NCBI GenBank assembly: GCA_002345925.1
Contig: DDWM01000047.1
Coordinates: forward strand, 23,061-87,060
Direction of reading: 5' to 3'
Source: Actinobacteria bacterium UBA2286
GTDB taxonomy: Bacteria > Actinomycetota > Coriobacteriia > Anaerosomatales > Anaerosomataceae
Length of the DNA: 64,000 bases
Under the pieces are notes generated by a model. It did no database searches. It saw only the letters and a program-made list of their open reading frames with translations, and was not told the DNA's origin. Below, piece after piece: positions 19,920 through 27,829 of this stretch. The first letter of the stretch is position 1; each line of letters begins with the position of its first letter. Position numbers and translations under genes: made by a program.

Positions 19920-19976
19920 CCCGGCCCCGAACGCGGGGTCCAGGCAGCCCTTAACGGGTGGGGTTGGATTATAGCA
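19920..19976 (-). promoter_or_regulatory. panB promoter (-10 TGcTATAAT) and structured ~60-nt leader
   Basis: On the minus strand TGCTATAAT lies at 19976-19968. The leader contains a 10-bp GC-rich hairpin with a single bulged A and a CGUU loop (19920-19944), ending 22 nt before the ATG. Confidence 0.4.
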
Positions 19977-20057
19977 CCGAGGAAGGAGTGGGATGCGGCG
20001 CAATCCAGTCAGGGGGCGGCGTCTTTGTCCCGTTCTCCTGGCAAGGTGGATCCGAGC

Positions 20058-20122
20058 GATACTAAATCCGTGTTTGCATACTAAAGTTCCAGCGTTTAGT
20101 ATGCCAATATGGCTTTAGTATC
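20058..20122 (+). promoter_or_regulatory. nested inverted-repeat operator (four ATACTAAA boxes) upstream of the islet regulator gene
   Basis: The boxes are GATACTAAA (20058-66), GCATACTAAA (20076-85), TTTAGTATGC (20095-104) and TTTAGTATC (20114-22). This is an AT-rich patch in GC-rich DNA. It ends 2 nt before the AGGAGG SD of the ATG at 20138. Confidence 0.6.
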
Positions 20123-20137
20123 TCAGGAGGACCGGAC

Positions 20138-21118
20138 ATGCGGCACAAGGTCAAGAGCCTCGAAACGTACCTTCGCGAGACACTGCACACGCCGATCCGT
20201 CTGGAGCACTGGCCCGGGGCGACCACGCTGCCCGCCTACCTGACAGGGCAGTACGACTTCTTCGACGGCACGGTCGGCAGCGCCCACATCCTGTTCCTGA
20301 GAAGCGCAGAAGAACCCATGCCCAGCGCAGCGAAGAAACATGAGAGTGCTCTGCAGCAGAACTGGACCGGACCTGTGGCGTTCGTTTTCGAGCGCATCAC
20401 GCCGCGCACCCGCCAGCGAATGGTCAGCGAAGGGCTGTCTTTCGTGGTGCCCGGCAATCAGGTCTACCTCCCCGCCCTCGGCGTGAACCTTCGAGAGAGG
20501 TACCGGACCCGGGTGCAGACCACAGACCGGCTGCGACCCTCGGCGCAGGTGCTGTTCTTGCACGTGCTCGCAAACCGCTCCCCCGCCCCCGGCACTCCGA
20601 GTGGCCTGGCGAGGCGGCTGGGCTACACGGCGATGGCGATGGGGCAGGCTCTGAACCAACTTGAGGATGCGAAGCTGGTCACTGTGCACAAGGAGGGTCG
20701 CGAGCGCCTGTTCGAGCTAGCAGGTGAGCCTGCCGATTTGTGGCTGCAGGCCCAACCACTGCTCGCAAGCCCCATCAGGCGCAGGCGCTACCTAACTGGC
20801 GCTGCACCGTCGGGGCGCAAGGGACTGGCATCTGGCCTCAGTGCGCTGGCCACCTACTCCGCCTTAGCAGAACCGATCGTCCCTGTGGTGGCACTCGACA
20901 GAGTCAAGGCCAAGAGCCTGCTGGAGGTTCGCGGCGTCCAGGAACTGCCCACCGCCGATGAGGCCGAACTCGCGGTGGAGGTCTGGTCCTACGAGCCGGG
21001 CCTGCTCTCGGAAGGAGCCACTGTCGACCGGCTCTCGCTCTACCTCTCTCTTCGAGACGACACCGACGAGAGGGTCCAGTCCGCGCTCGATGAGATGATG
21101 CGAGGCGTCACGTGGTAA
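20138..21118 (+). CDS. wHTH (MarR/AbiEi-like) putative antitoxin/transcriptional regulator
   Basis: 326 aa with a central winged helix (LARRLGYTAMAMGQALNQLEDAKLVTVHKEGRERLFEL). It overlaps the downstream nucleotidyltransferase gene by 7 nt. Confidence 0.55.
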   Translation: MRHKVKSLETYLRETLHTPIRLEHWPGATTLPAYLTGQYDFFDGTVGSAHILFLRSAEEPMPSAAKKHESALQQNWTGPVAFVFERITPRTRQRMVSEGLSFVVPGNQVYLPALGVNLRERYRTRVQTTDRLRPSAQVLFLHVLANRSPAPGTPSGLARRLGYTAMAMGQALNQLEDAKLVTVHKEGRERLFELAGEPADLWLQAQPLLASPIRRRRYLTGAAPSGRKGLASGLSALATYSALAEPIVPVVALDRVKAKSLLEVRGVQELPTADEAELAVEVWSYEPGLLSEGATVDRLSLYLSLRDDTDERVQSALDEMMRGVTW

Positions 21119-21885
21119 GAGGTCTGAACGTCTTCCGCGGGCGCTTCGCCGGTTTCGAGGACCGCTACGTCCTCATTGGCGGAGCTGCCGTGGAAGTGGC
21201 GATGGACGCGGCGGGCTTGCAGTTTCGCGTGACCAAGGATCTCGACATCGTCTTGCATGTCGAGGCTCTCGATGCGCAGTTCGCGAAAGCTTTCTGGGCG
21301 TTTGTCGCCGACGGAGGCTACGAGTTCCAAGAGAAGAGCACGGGCAAGCCGACGCTCTACCGATTCAGCAAGCCGACGGACGAGAGCTTCCCCTACATGC
21401 TCGAGCTGTTTTCCCGCAGGCCCGAGCTGATCGAGCCATCAGCGGACTGTCATCTCACACCTCTGCCCGTCGCCGAGCAGGTCTCGAGCCTCTCGGCAAT
21501 CCTGCTCGATGACGACTACTACGACTTCGTCCAAGAGGGCACCCGAGCGGATGGCGGATTGTCGGTGCTCGCGCCGGAGTACATCGTGCCGCTCAAGGCG
21601 CGCGCGTGGATCGACCTGACCGACCGGCACGAGCGCGGAGACGACGTCTCCCGTGGCGACATCAAGAAGCACCGCAACGACATCATCCGCCTGAGCCAGC
21701 TCATATCGCCGGGAGCGCGGATCGCACTTCCAGATGCTATCGGCGGCGACTTGAAGGAATTCGTGGCGCGGGCGTTGCACGACGGTGCCGAGCCCAGGTC
21801 CTTCGGGGTCATCGGGATGACACTGGAAGACGTGCGCTCATTGCTCGGCGCCGTATACGACCTCCCCGGGAGGGCGCCCGAGTAG
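21112..21885 (+). CDS. Pol-beta-fold nucleotidyltransferase, AbiEii/DUF1814-like putative toxin
   Basis: 257 aa. VLIGGAAVEVAMDAAGLQFRVTKDLDIVL fits the GG...x(n)...DxD nucleotidyltransferase signature. The gene is coupled to the upstream wHTH gene. Confidence 0.6.
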   Translation: MVRGLNVFRGRFAGFEDRYVLIGGAAVEVAMDAAGLQFRVTKDLDIVLHVEALDAQFAKAFWAFVADGGYEFQEKSTGKPTLYRFSKPTDESFPYMLELFSRRPELIEPSADCHLTPLPVAEQVSSLSAILLDDDYYDFVQEGTRADGGLSVLAPEYIVPLKARAWIDLTDRHERGDDVSRGDIKKHRNDIIRLSQLISPGARIALPDAIGGDLKEFVARALHDGAEPRSFGVIGMTLEDVRSLLGAVYDLPGRAPE

Positions 21886-21940
21886 AAGGCGTTCAGCTCC
21901 ACGCTGCGTACGACGCTCGCGGGGCCAACGGTGCTCGCGC

Positions 21941-22393
21941 GTGACGGTGGGGCTGATGCTCCTAGACCCCTGGATCATCGATCTTGGTGAGATCACCGGT
22001 GGTCAGATGGGCTACGCGGTACGCGTTCCCAACCCCGGGGCCTTCATCTTCCATAAGTCCCTGGTGTTCATGAAACGCAGAGACCGCCTCAAGAAGGAGA
22101 AGGACCTCTACTACATCTTCTTCGTGCTTGATACATTCCCGAAGTGGCGGGAGCTGGTTGCCGCCGAGCTTGCCAGGTTCGCCACGCGGAAGCCCGCTTG
22201 GCTGAAGAAGTCCCGAAAGAACCTTGCCGCGATCTTCGACGGCGCGGACTCCACAGGCGTGGATGCGCTACTGAATCAGAAACCTCAGACGGCATACGCC
22301 GACATGAGCGATGATCAGTTCCGCCAGTACGCGTTCTCAGTGATGTCCGACCTGATCGAGATGATGGACTCGGGACTCGCGGCCAAGAGCTAG
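21941..22393 (+). CDS. C-terminal fragment-like nucleotidyltransferase-fold family protein (probably truncated)
   Basis: 150 aa with a GTG start. It contains only the helical C-terminal type of region (FIFHKSLVFMKRRDRLKKEKDLYYIFFVL) and has no catalytic GS/DxD part. It abuts the right-hand repeat. Confidence 0.4.
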   Translation: MTVGLMLLDPWIIDLGEITGGQMGYAVRVPNPGAFIFHKSLVFMKRRDRLKKEKDLYYIFFVLDTFPKWRELVAAELARFATRKPAWLKKSRKNLAAIFDGADSTGVDALLNQKPQTAYADMSDDQFRQYAFSVMSDLIEMMDSGLAAKS

Positions 22394-22431
22394 CGCCACG
22401 CGCGCGCCTTGGTGCTGGTGGTGGCGCTCAT
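22390..22431 (-). pseudogene. panB' 5' remnant (10 panB codons, then out-of-context sequence and a stop)
   Basis: The minus strand reads ATG AGC GCC ACC ACC AGC ACC AAG GCG CGC GCG TGG CGC TAG. The first 10 codons are identical to panB codons 1-10. Confidence 0.7.
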
Positions 22432-22530
22432 CTGTAGCTACTTCCCGGCAGTCCCGGCCCCGAACGCGGGGTCCAGGCAGCCCCTAACGGGTGGGTGTTG
22501 GATTATACACCGAGGAAGGAGTGGGATGCG
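22401..22530. repeat. direct repeat copy 2 (130 bp)
   Basis: See copy 1. It includes a second copy of the leader hairpin (22453-22477) and the TATAAT box. Confidence 0.9.
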
Positions 22531-22638
22531 CGACAGAGGCGCACAGCTACAGCAGGCGAATTGGGATTCCCTCCAAGCACCATACAAACCTCCGGCAGCC
22601 TTGCCGGTAATAGATGAGAGCCGCCTAATTCTCCCATA

Positions 22639-23271
22639 CTAGGTAACCTCAGCAGGGGGTCTACCCCACAGCGCTGTGATTCCAGTCGTAGCCAAGGCTG
22701 CCATCGGCACGTCAACTACTCCCGTCATGAATATCCCAAGGTAGCTCTCTCCATTGGCGGTTGAGGAGAAGCACCCCCAGAATGCGTACATTAACGCGAG
22801 CATGAGGACAGGAAGACCGGCGACAAGCAGGCCTCGGAATCTGCCTAGCCGCGACGAGCCCGAGCTCACCGCAAACCAGGCACCCGCGAGTGACAGCACA
22901 GGGACAAGTGGAAGCAACACTGACCATGGTACCCAGAACATCAGGAAACCAAGTCCTGGTGACGCCGCCAGCCCCAAGAAACCCGCAGCCAACGCCTTCC
23001 CACCACGCCAACGTGTCGTGCGCGGCAGCAGGAGAAAGGAACCGAAAGCACTGCCCGTCGCCAGTGCGATGACGGGAGCTACAAGGCCAGAACTAGAAGG
23101 ACTCAGATTCGCCCATAGCCACAAATCAAAGAGCGCGGCCCCCGCGTAGAGGAGCGCAACGCACGCCGCAATCGGTGAATACAGGGCGAAGAAACGGAGC
23201 GCCAGTTCGCTCAGTTTGAGGCGAAATGCCTGGGATTCACCTACCCCCAAGACCGGTCTTTGATCAGCCAT
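22639..23271 (-). CDS. polytopic membrane protein, unknown function
   Basis: 210 aa with 5-6 TM helices. Its ATG is embedded in an ATGGCTGA overlap with the stop of the upstream start-less frame. Confidence 0.55.
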   Translation of the reverse strand: MADQRPVLGVGESQAFRLKLSELALRFFALYSPIAACVALLYAGAALFDLWLWANLSPSSSGLVAPVIALATGSAFGSFLLLPRTTRWRGGKALAAGFLGLAASPGLGFLMFWVPWSVLLPLVPVLSLAGAWFAVSSGSSRLGRFRGLLVAGLPVLMLALMYAFWGCFSSTANGESYLGIFMTGVVDVPMAALATTGITALWGRPPAEVT

Positions 23272-23564
23272 TCACGTATCCCTCCAGAATGCCCTTCGTC
23301 GCGCCGCGCACGGCGTCCTTATAGGACCCAGCATAGGACCAGTCATCTATTAGCCCCCAGTGGATGACATTCCACGGATGATCGAGCCAGCCGCGTTTCC
23401 CATCCAAACCCAACAGCGGTCTTCGCCCATGCCCAATGGCATCTTGTTTCGCATGTAGAGCGCGGCCAAGCAGCTCCAGCGACGCCTCGACACGACTGCG
23501 GCCGACGATATCCGACCCCCCCCCGAATGTAAAGAAACATTTTCCAGACGCATTCAGGATTCAT
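23264..23564 (-). pseudogene. frameshifted small gene interrupted at a C9/G9 homopolymer
   Basis: A 98-codon minus-strand frame (23267-23560, stop 23264-23266) is open but has no usable start codon. ATG-initiated frames (23564 or 23540) run into the G9 tract (plus-strand C9 at 23516-23524). Removing one G joins them. Confidence 0.35.
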
Positions 23565-23675
23565 CGCACAGCAGAAGGGATGTGGAGTGAGATTGGTCAA
23601 GGAGACAGGCACTGGACGTCTCCTTGTAGCGGTGAAAGATTCCTGGTATTGTTTCCTTTCTAGAAGGGAACACTC

Positions 23676-24992
23676 ATGGACATGCTCGAGCAACTGATCG
23701 TTGATTTCCAGGAACGCCCACTCCCCGTGGTCAGTCAACGACTTACGACGATGCCAGACGCGCCGAACATGGCCCGGGTCATCATAGGAATGCGCCGGTC
23801 AGGCAAGACGTACCTGCTCTTTCAAGAGATGCAGCGCCTTGTGGAAGCGGGTGTCGAGAAGAACCGACTCCTCTACGTCAACTTCGAAGATGACCGCCTG
23901 CAGCCACTTGGGCCCAACGCGCTGGACTTGACCCTCGAGACCTTCTACCGGCTGAATCCCGCGGCCCGTTCCGAAGGCGCATATCTCTTCCTGGACGAGA
24001 TCCAGGCGGTGGACGGCTGGTCGCGCTTCGCGCGGCGAGTCCTCGATACCGAGTCGGCCCGTCTTTATGTATCAGGGTCGTCGGCCAAGATGCTCTCGAC
24101 CGAGGTCGCCACGGAGTTCCGCGGACGCGGCTATGCGGTTGAACTGCTGCCGCTGAGCTTCGCGGAGGCGCTGCTGTACTCGGGTACCGCGCTGCCAACG
24201 GGAAGACCCGGGGCGCGCATGCGGTCGCAACTGGAAGCAGCATTCAAAGACTATCTGCGAGTCGGCGGATTCCCCGACGTGCAAGGATTGGCCGAGGTCG
24301 AGCGCATCCAGACCCTTCAAGACTATGTCCAGCTTGTTCTGCTGCGGGACATCATCGATCGCCACGAGGTCAGGAATGTCCACGCCGTGCGATTCTTTGC
24401 GCTCGCACTCCTGCAATCGTCCGGTTCGCTCACCTCGGTGAACAGACTGGCAAACGACCTGAAGTCGCGGGGCATCGCAGTTGGGAAGGATACCCTGTAC
24501 GACCTTCTCGACTACTTCACCGACGCATTCTTGCTGTTCACGGTGCCCGTCTTCGACCGCTCACTACGGGTTCGAGAGGCGAATCCTCGGAAGGTGTACG
24601 CGGTCGACCCCGGGCTCGCATTCGCAGTCTCGCCCGCTGGTGTCTCAAACCTGGGTGCTCGACTTGAGAACTGCGTGTACCTTGAGCTGCGTCGGCGCTT
24701 GCGGGGCACGCGTGATGGTGCCATCTCGTACTACTCCACGGCCGCAGGCAACGAAGTCGACTTCATCGTAGGCGACCCCGGGACCGACCAGACGTCTCAA
24801 TTGGTGCAGGTATGCGTGGACATATCGAGAGCTGACACCCGTGAACGCGAAGTCCAGGCACTGGAAGATGCAATGAGGGAAACAGGACTGCGCGAATCGA
24901 CGATTGTGACGATGTATCAGTCCGAAACCATTGCAGTAGACGGCGGCGTCATCCACGCTGTGCCCGCGTGGGCCTGGATGTTGGGGATCTAA
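23676..24992 (+). CDS. AAA-family ATPase with a C-terminal DUF4143-type domain
   Basis: 438 aa with Walker A (GMRRSGKT) and Walker B (LFLDEIQ), followed by a C-terminal nuclease-like region typical of the AAA_14/DUF4143 architecture. Confidence 0.8.
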   Translation: MDMLEQLIVDFQERPLPVVSQRLTTMPDAPNMARVIIGMRRSGKTYLLFQEMQRLVEAGVEKNRLLYVNFEDDRLQPLGPNALDLTLETFYRLNPAARSEGAYLFLDEIQAVDGWSRFARRVLDTESARLYVSGSSAKMLSTEVATEFRGRGYAVELLPLSFAEALLYSGTALPTGRPGARMRSQLEAAFKDYLRVGGFPDVQGLAEVERIQTLQDYVQLVLLRDIIDRHEVRNVHAVRFFALALLQSSGSLTSVNRLANDLKSRGIAVGKDTLYDLLDYFTDAFLLFTVPVFDRSLRVREANPRKVYAVDPGLAFAVSPAGVSNLGARLENCVYLELRRRLRGTRDGAISYYSTAAGNEVDFIVGDPGTDQTSQLVQVCVDISRADTREREVQALEDAMRETGLRESTIVTMYQSETIAVDGGVIHAVPAWAWMLGI

Positions 24993-25005
24993 GCGCGGCG
25001 AGCAG

Positions 25006-25428
25006 CTAGAGTATGCGAACCGCCACGCTCTCCCCGACCGCACGCGCAAGCCGTCGATCAGCGGTCACAAGCTCGCACTTGAGCGCCTCGGCAAGCGCAA
25101 CGTAGGCGGCGTCAAAGGTCGAGAGTCCGCGCTCGGCCACAAGCTCGGCTGCTCGGACCATCAGCGCCTCGTCAGGCGAGACCAGCATCAGGTCCACCCC
25201 GAAGAGCGCGCGAATCGCATCAGACAACGCCGGCGACACACGCCCTGGTCGGCGCAGGACGTTCAGGACCTCATGCACCAGCAGCGCCGGTGCCGCCAGG
25301 CGAATCACGCCCTGGATATGCTGCTCCAGCAGATCATCCGCCGCGACCACGCCATCTTCGCCGTCTGTGATGAACCACTTCACGGCGATGCTCGCGTCAA
25401 CGACCAGCAGCGGTGACTCAGCGGTCAT
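25006..25428 (-). CDS. vapC: PIN-domain toxin VapC (paralogue of 5939..6349)
   Basis: 140 aa with an LVVDASIAVKWF N-terminus. It overlaps the upstream RHH gene by 11 nt. Confidence 0.85.
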   Translation of the reverse strand: MTAESPLLVVDASIAVKWFITDGEDGVVAADDLLEQHIQGVIRLAAPALLVHEVLNVLRRPGRVSPALSDAIRALFGVDLMLVSPDEALMVRAAELVAERGLSTFDAAYVALAEALKCELVTADRRLARAVGESVAVRIL

Positions 25429-25699
25429 GGCGGGAGCTCTCGGCAGCGCGAGCCTCGGCCACCAACGATGCGGTGTCGGATGAACCGATTCCGATATCGG
25501 CGCCGATGCGCTTCATTCGCTTGGCGGCGGCGGTCGCTCTCAAGCGCCGTGCCTCGGCCTCGCGGTCAGTCTGCGAGCGCGCGATGTAGCGCACCGAGGC
25601 CTCCTGGATCAGCCCGCTGCGCGTGATGCCGAGCAGCTCTGCCTCGGAGTCGATCTGCTCCAGCAGTTGCTGCGGCATCGAGATGTTGAGCTTGGTCAT
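25418..25699 (-). CDS. vapB: ribbon-helix-helix antitoxin VapB (paralogue of 6346..6633)
   Basis: 93 aa with MTKLNISMPQQLLEQIDSEAELLGITRSGLIQEA. Confidence 0.8.
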   Translation of the reverse strand: MTKLNISMPQQLLEQIDSEAELLGITRSGLIQEASVRYIARSQTDREAEARRLRATAAAKRMKRIGADIGIGSSDTASLVAEARAAESSRHDR

Positions 25700-25754
25700 G
25701 GGTCACTCCTGGTAGAGAATTCGCTTCACCACCAACATACCACACCACGGCGGA

Positions 25755-26156
25755 CTAACCCAGTACCTCTGCGACCTTCAGTATCCGAATGCCCTCGAAC
25801 GTCCCGAGCTCCATCAGGTGCCGGTCCCCAGAGACGATCGCATCCGCCCCGCCCGCTACCGCACATTCAAGCACCCGATTGTCGGGCTCGTCGGAGATCA
25901 CGTGGATGCTCGGCTCAGGGCGAACTATCTCGGCGATGCGGCACAACTGTCCTATCGCTTCGCGGACATGCGCGTCATCGAATCCGAGTACGTCGTAGAG
26001 CTTCTCGGCCTCTTCGGCGAGGATCGCAGGCGATGTGACAAGGTCGAACTCGCCTGCGATCACCGCGCGCATCAGTGAGGCAGGTTTGCCGCCAACGCCA
26101 TACGCGGAGATGTAGACGTTCGTGTCGAGGACGAGCTTACGCACCGCGGGACTCAT
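25755..26156 (-). CDS. PIN-family toxin component
   Basis: 133 aa with LVLDTNVYISA and DEPDNRVLECAVAGGADAIVSGDRHL motifs. Confidence 0.8.
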   Translation of the reverse strand: MSPAVRKLVLDTNVYISAYGVGGKPASLMRAVIAGEFDLVTSPAILAEEAEKLYDVLGFDDAHVREAIGQLCRIAEIVRPEPSIHVISDEPDNRVLECAVAGGADAIVSGDRHLMELGTFEGIRILKVAEVLG

Positions 26157-26388
26157 GGATCAGGCGCTCCACATCCTCTTCGGTGCGGATGCTGCGCTCG
26201 CGCGCGCGTTTGGAGCCGTACTCCCCCAACTCCTCAAACACCTGCAGCTCATGCTCGCGCTTGTACACGCGGACCATCTCGCGGAAGAGCTGGCTCTTGC
26301 TGATTCCGGCCACCGTTGCCATGCGTTCGATGTCGGCGGCAAGCTCAGGCGTGACCGAGAACCCGATCGTCGTCGCAGTGCGTGCCAT
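26137..26388 (-). CDS. ribbon-helix-helix (CopG-like) antitoxin
   Basis: 83 aa with GFSVTPELAADIERMATVAGISKSQLFREMV. It overlaps the PIN gene by 20 nt. Confidence 0.75.
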   Translation of the reverse strand: MARTATTIGFSVTPELAADIERMATVAGISKSQLFREMVRVYKREHELQVFEELGEYGSKRARERSIRTEEDVERLIHESRGA

Positions 26389-26467
26389 CGCTGAATCACC
26401 CGTTTCAAACGGTTTACAACGTCGGATTGAGTGTAGCCGGCTGCGCTCGCGCAGGCAAGTGCGGCCG

Positions 26468-27829
26468 CTACCCCCGCGTGCGCGCCTCGGCTAGCGCTTG
26501 GCGCGCAGCGACGGCGTTTTCTCTCGGCACCATGAGGCGGATCGTCTCGGCAGCACCGTAGGCCGGCATGCCGGGAGACCCGAAGATCGGTGGCGGGTCG
26601 ATCACGGCCGGAATCCCCGCCGACTGCAGTACGCCGAGATGGATCTGCAGCTGCATCGATCCACCGTACCCCACAAGCCCGCCTTGTTGCACAGTCAGGA
26701 TCGTCACCCATGCGGATTCGTCCTCGACTGGCCCGCTCTCGACCGCCGGCACGTACGGCTCAGGGAACTCCATCGGCGGGGGTCCATCGGCATCGTCGCC
26801 CGCGCTCACCGTTGCGCGCGTGAAACCTGGCACCGCGCCAAGCACGCCGGTGATACGCCCAAGCGTGGCGCGCACAGCCGAGATTGCCGAGCCGTCGGGC
26901 ATCGTGACCGTCGGGTCCACCTCAAGCAGCGGCACGACCACGAACGCCCGCTCGAGCATGCGGGGGTGCGGGATCGTGAGATCGGGGCGCACCCACTCTT
27001 CGTCGCCAAAGAGCAGGATGTCCAGATCGATCGTCCGGGGACCGTACCGTTCTTCGCGCACCCTGCCGAGGGAGTCCTCGATGTTTTGAAGCGCCGCTAG
27101 CAACTGATCCGCCTGAAGCTCGGTCGCTACGACAGCGACGGCGTTGGCGTACGCCGCCTGCTCCACGCCACCCCACGGCTCCGACTCGTAGACGCGCGAG
27201 ACCGCAAGCCCTTCGGTCGCGGGAATCGCGCCTATCGCGCGCAGCGCCTCGGCCAGGTTCTCCGAACGGTCACCCAGGTTCGAGCCAAGCCCGATGTACG
27301 CGAGCGTCTTGTGTCTTTGCTCCTCAAGCATCGGCCAGCCGAGAAGCGCTCGCCAACCGCTGGGCATCTTCTCAGTCCCGACGGAAATCGGGATCACCGG
27401 CGAGTCCGGCCCGCGGACCGCAGCCTCGGCCGCCGCAAGCGCCTCGGGGTCGTCGACCCCGGACTCGTCCCACTGCGCTTCGGGTTCGTCGTCCCAGGAC
27501 TCATCGTCGGCGAACTCGGGCAGATCGACGATTTCTCCCGGCTCCGCCCACGCAAGCTTCACGCCCGGAGGCGACTCTTCACCCAGCAACTCGCGGGCGG
27601 CGGCGAGATCGCCTGCGACCACCTTCAGCTTGAAATGCGGGTTGCTGAAGATGCTCGTCACGCCAAGGCGGGAGTCGTAGGGATCCCACAGCACGCCGAT
27701 CCCGGCCGCCGTGAGCTCCTCGGCTACTGCACTCAGCATGATCGCGTCACCGGCATCCTCGGCTACGACCACCCAATCCGGCATGTCCTCCCAGGAACTC
27801 ACGCGCTCTCCCCCTCGATCGCTCGCCAC
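26468..27829 (-). CDS. folK: 2-amino-4-hydroxy-6-hydroxymethyldihydropteridine diphosphokinase (HPPK) with N- and C-terminal DUF2007-like extensions
   Basis: The central HPPK core runs AYIGLGSNLGDR ... GPRTIDLDILLF ... HPRMLERAFVVVPL. It is flanked by ~190-aa and ~110-aa extensions. The start is uncertain: 27829 overlaps folP, and ATG at 27784 is an alternative. Confidence 0.85.
   Translation of the reverse strand: MASDRGGERVSSWEDMPDWVVVAEDAGDAIMLSAVAEELTAAGIGVLWDPYDSRLGVTSIFSNPHFKLKVVAGDLAAARELLGEESPPGVKLAWAEPGEIVDLPEFADDESWDDEPEAQWDESGVDDPEALAAAEAAVRGPDSPVIPISVGTEKMPSGWRALLGWPMLEEQRHKTLAYIGLGSNLGDRSENLAEALRAIGAIPATEGLAVSRVYESEPWGGVEQAAYANAVAVVATELQADQLLAALQNIEDSLGRVREERYGPRTIDLDILLFGDEEWVRPDLTIPHPRMLERAFVVVPLLEVDPTVTMPDGSAISAVRATLGRITGVLGAVPGFTRATVSAGDDADGPPPMEFPEPYVPAVESGPVEDESAWVTILTVQQGGLVGYGGSMQLQIHLGVLQSAGIPAVIDPPPIFGSPGMPAYGAAETIRLMVPRENAVAARQALAEARTRG

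Larger units (their letters stand above)
19998..22400. mobile_element. 2.4-kb inserted islet bounded by 130-bp direct repeats (no integrase or transposase seen)
   Basis: It is bracketed by the 19868-19997 / 22401-22530 repeats. The cargo is a wHTH regulator, an AbiEii-like nucleotidyltransferase and a truncated second nucleotidyltransferase-fold gene. Confidence 0.5.

Noticed and set aside
22409-22642. 77-aa plus-strand ORF resembling the end of ORF 19198..19974
   Set aside because: The similarity simply reflects the 130-bp direct repeat read on the non-coding strand of the panB leader. It is not a gene.
23343-23738. 131-aa minus-strand ORF spanning the pseudogene region and overlapping the DUF4143 ATPase start
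   Set aside because: Downstream of the G9 tract its frame gives a Trp/Arg/Cys-rich sequence ending 80 nt short of the coupled junction. Only its part upstream of the homopolymer is plausibly coding, as the 5' half of the frameshifted gene.
19998-26460. Search for an integrase, transposase, tRNA or inverted terminal repeats that would define the islet as a classical mobile element
   Set aside because: None was found on either strand. The mobile-element call therefore rests only on the direct repeats and cargo type, and its confidence is kept moderate.
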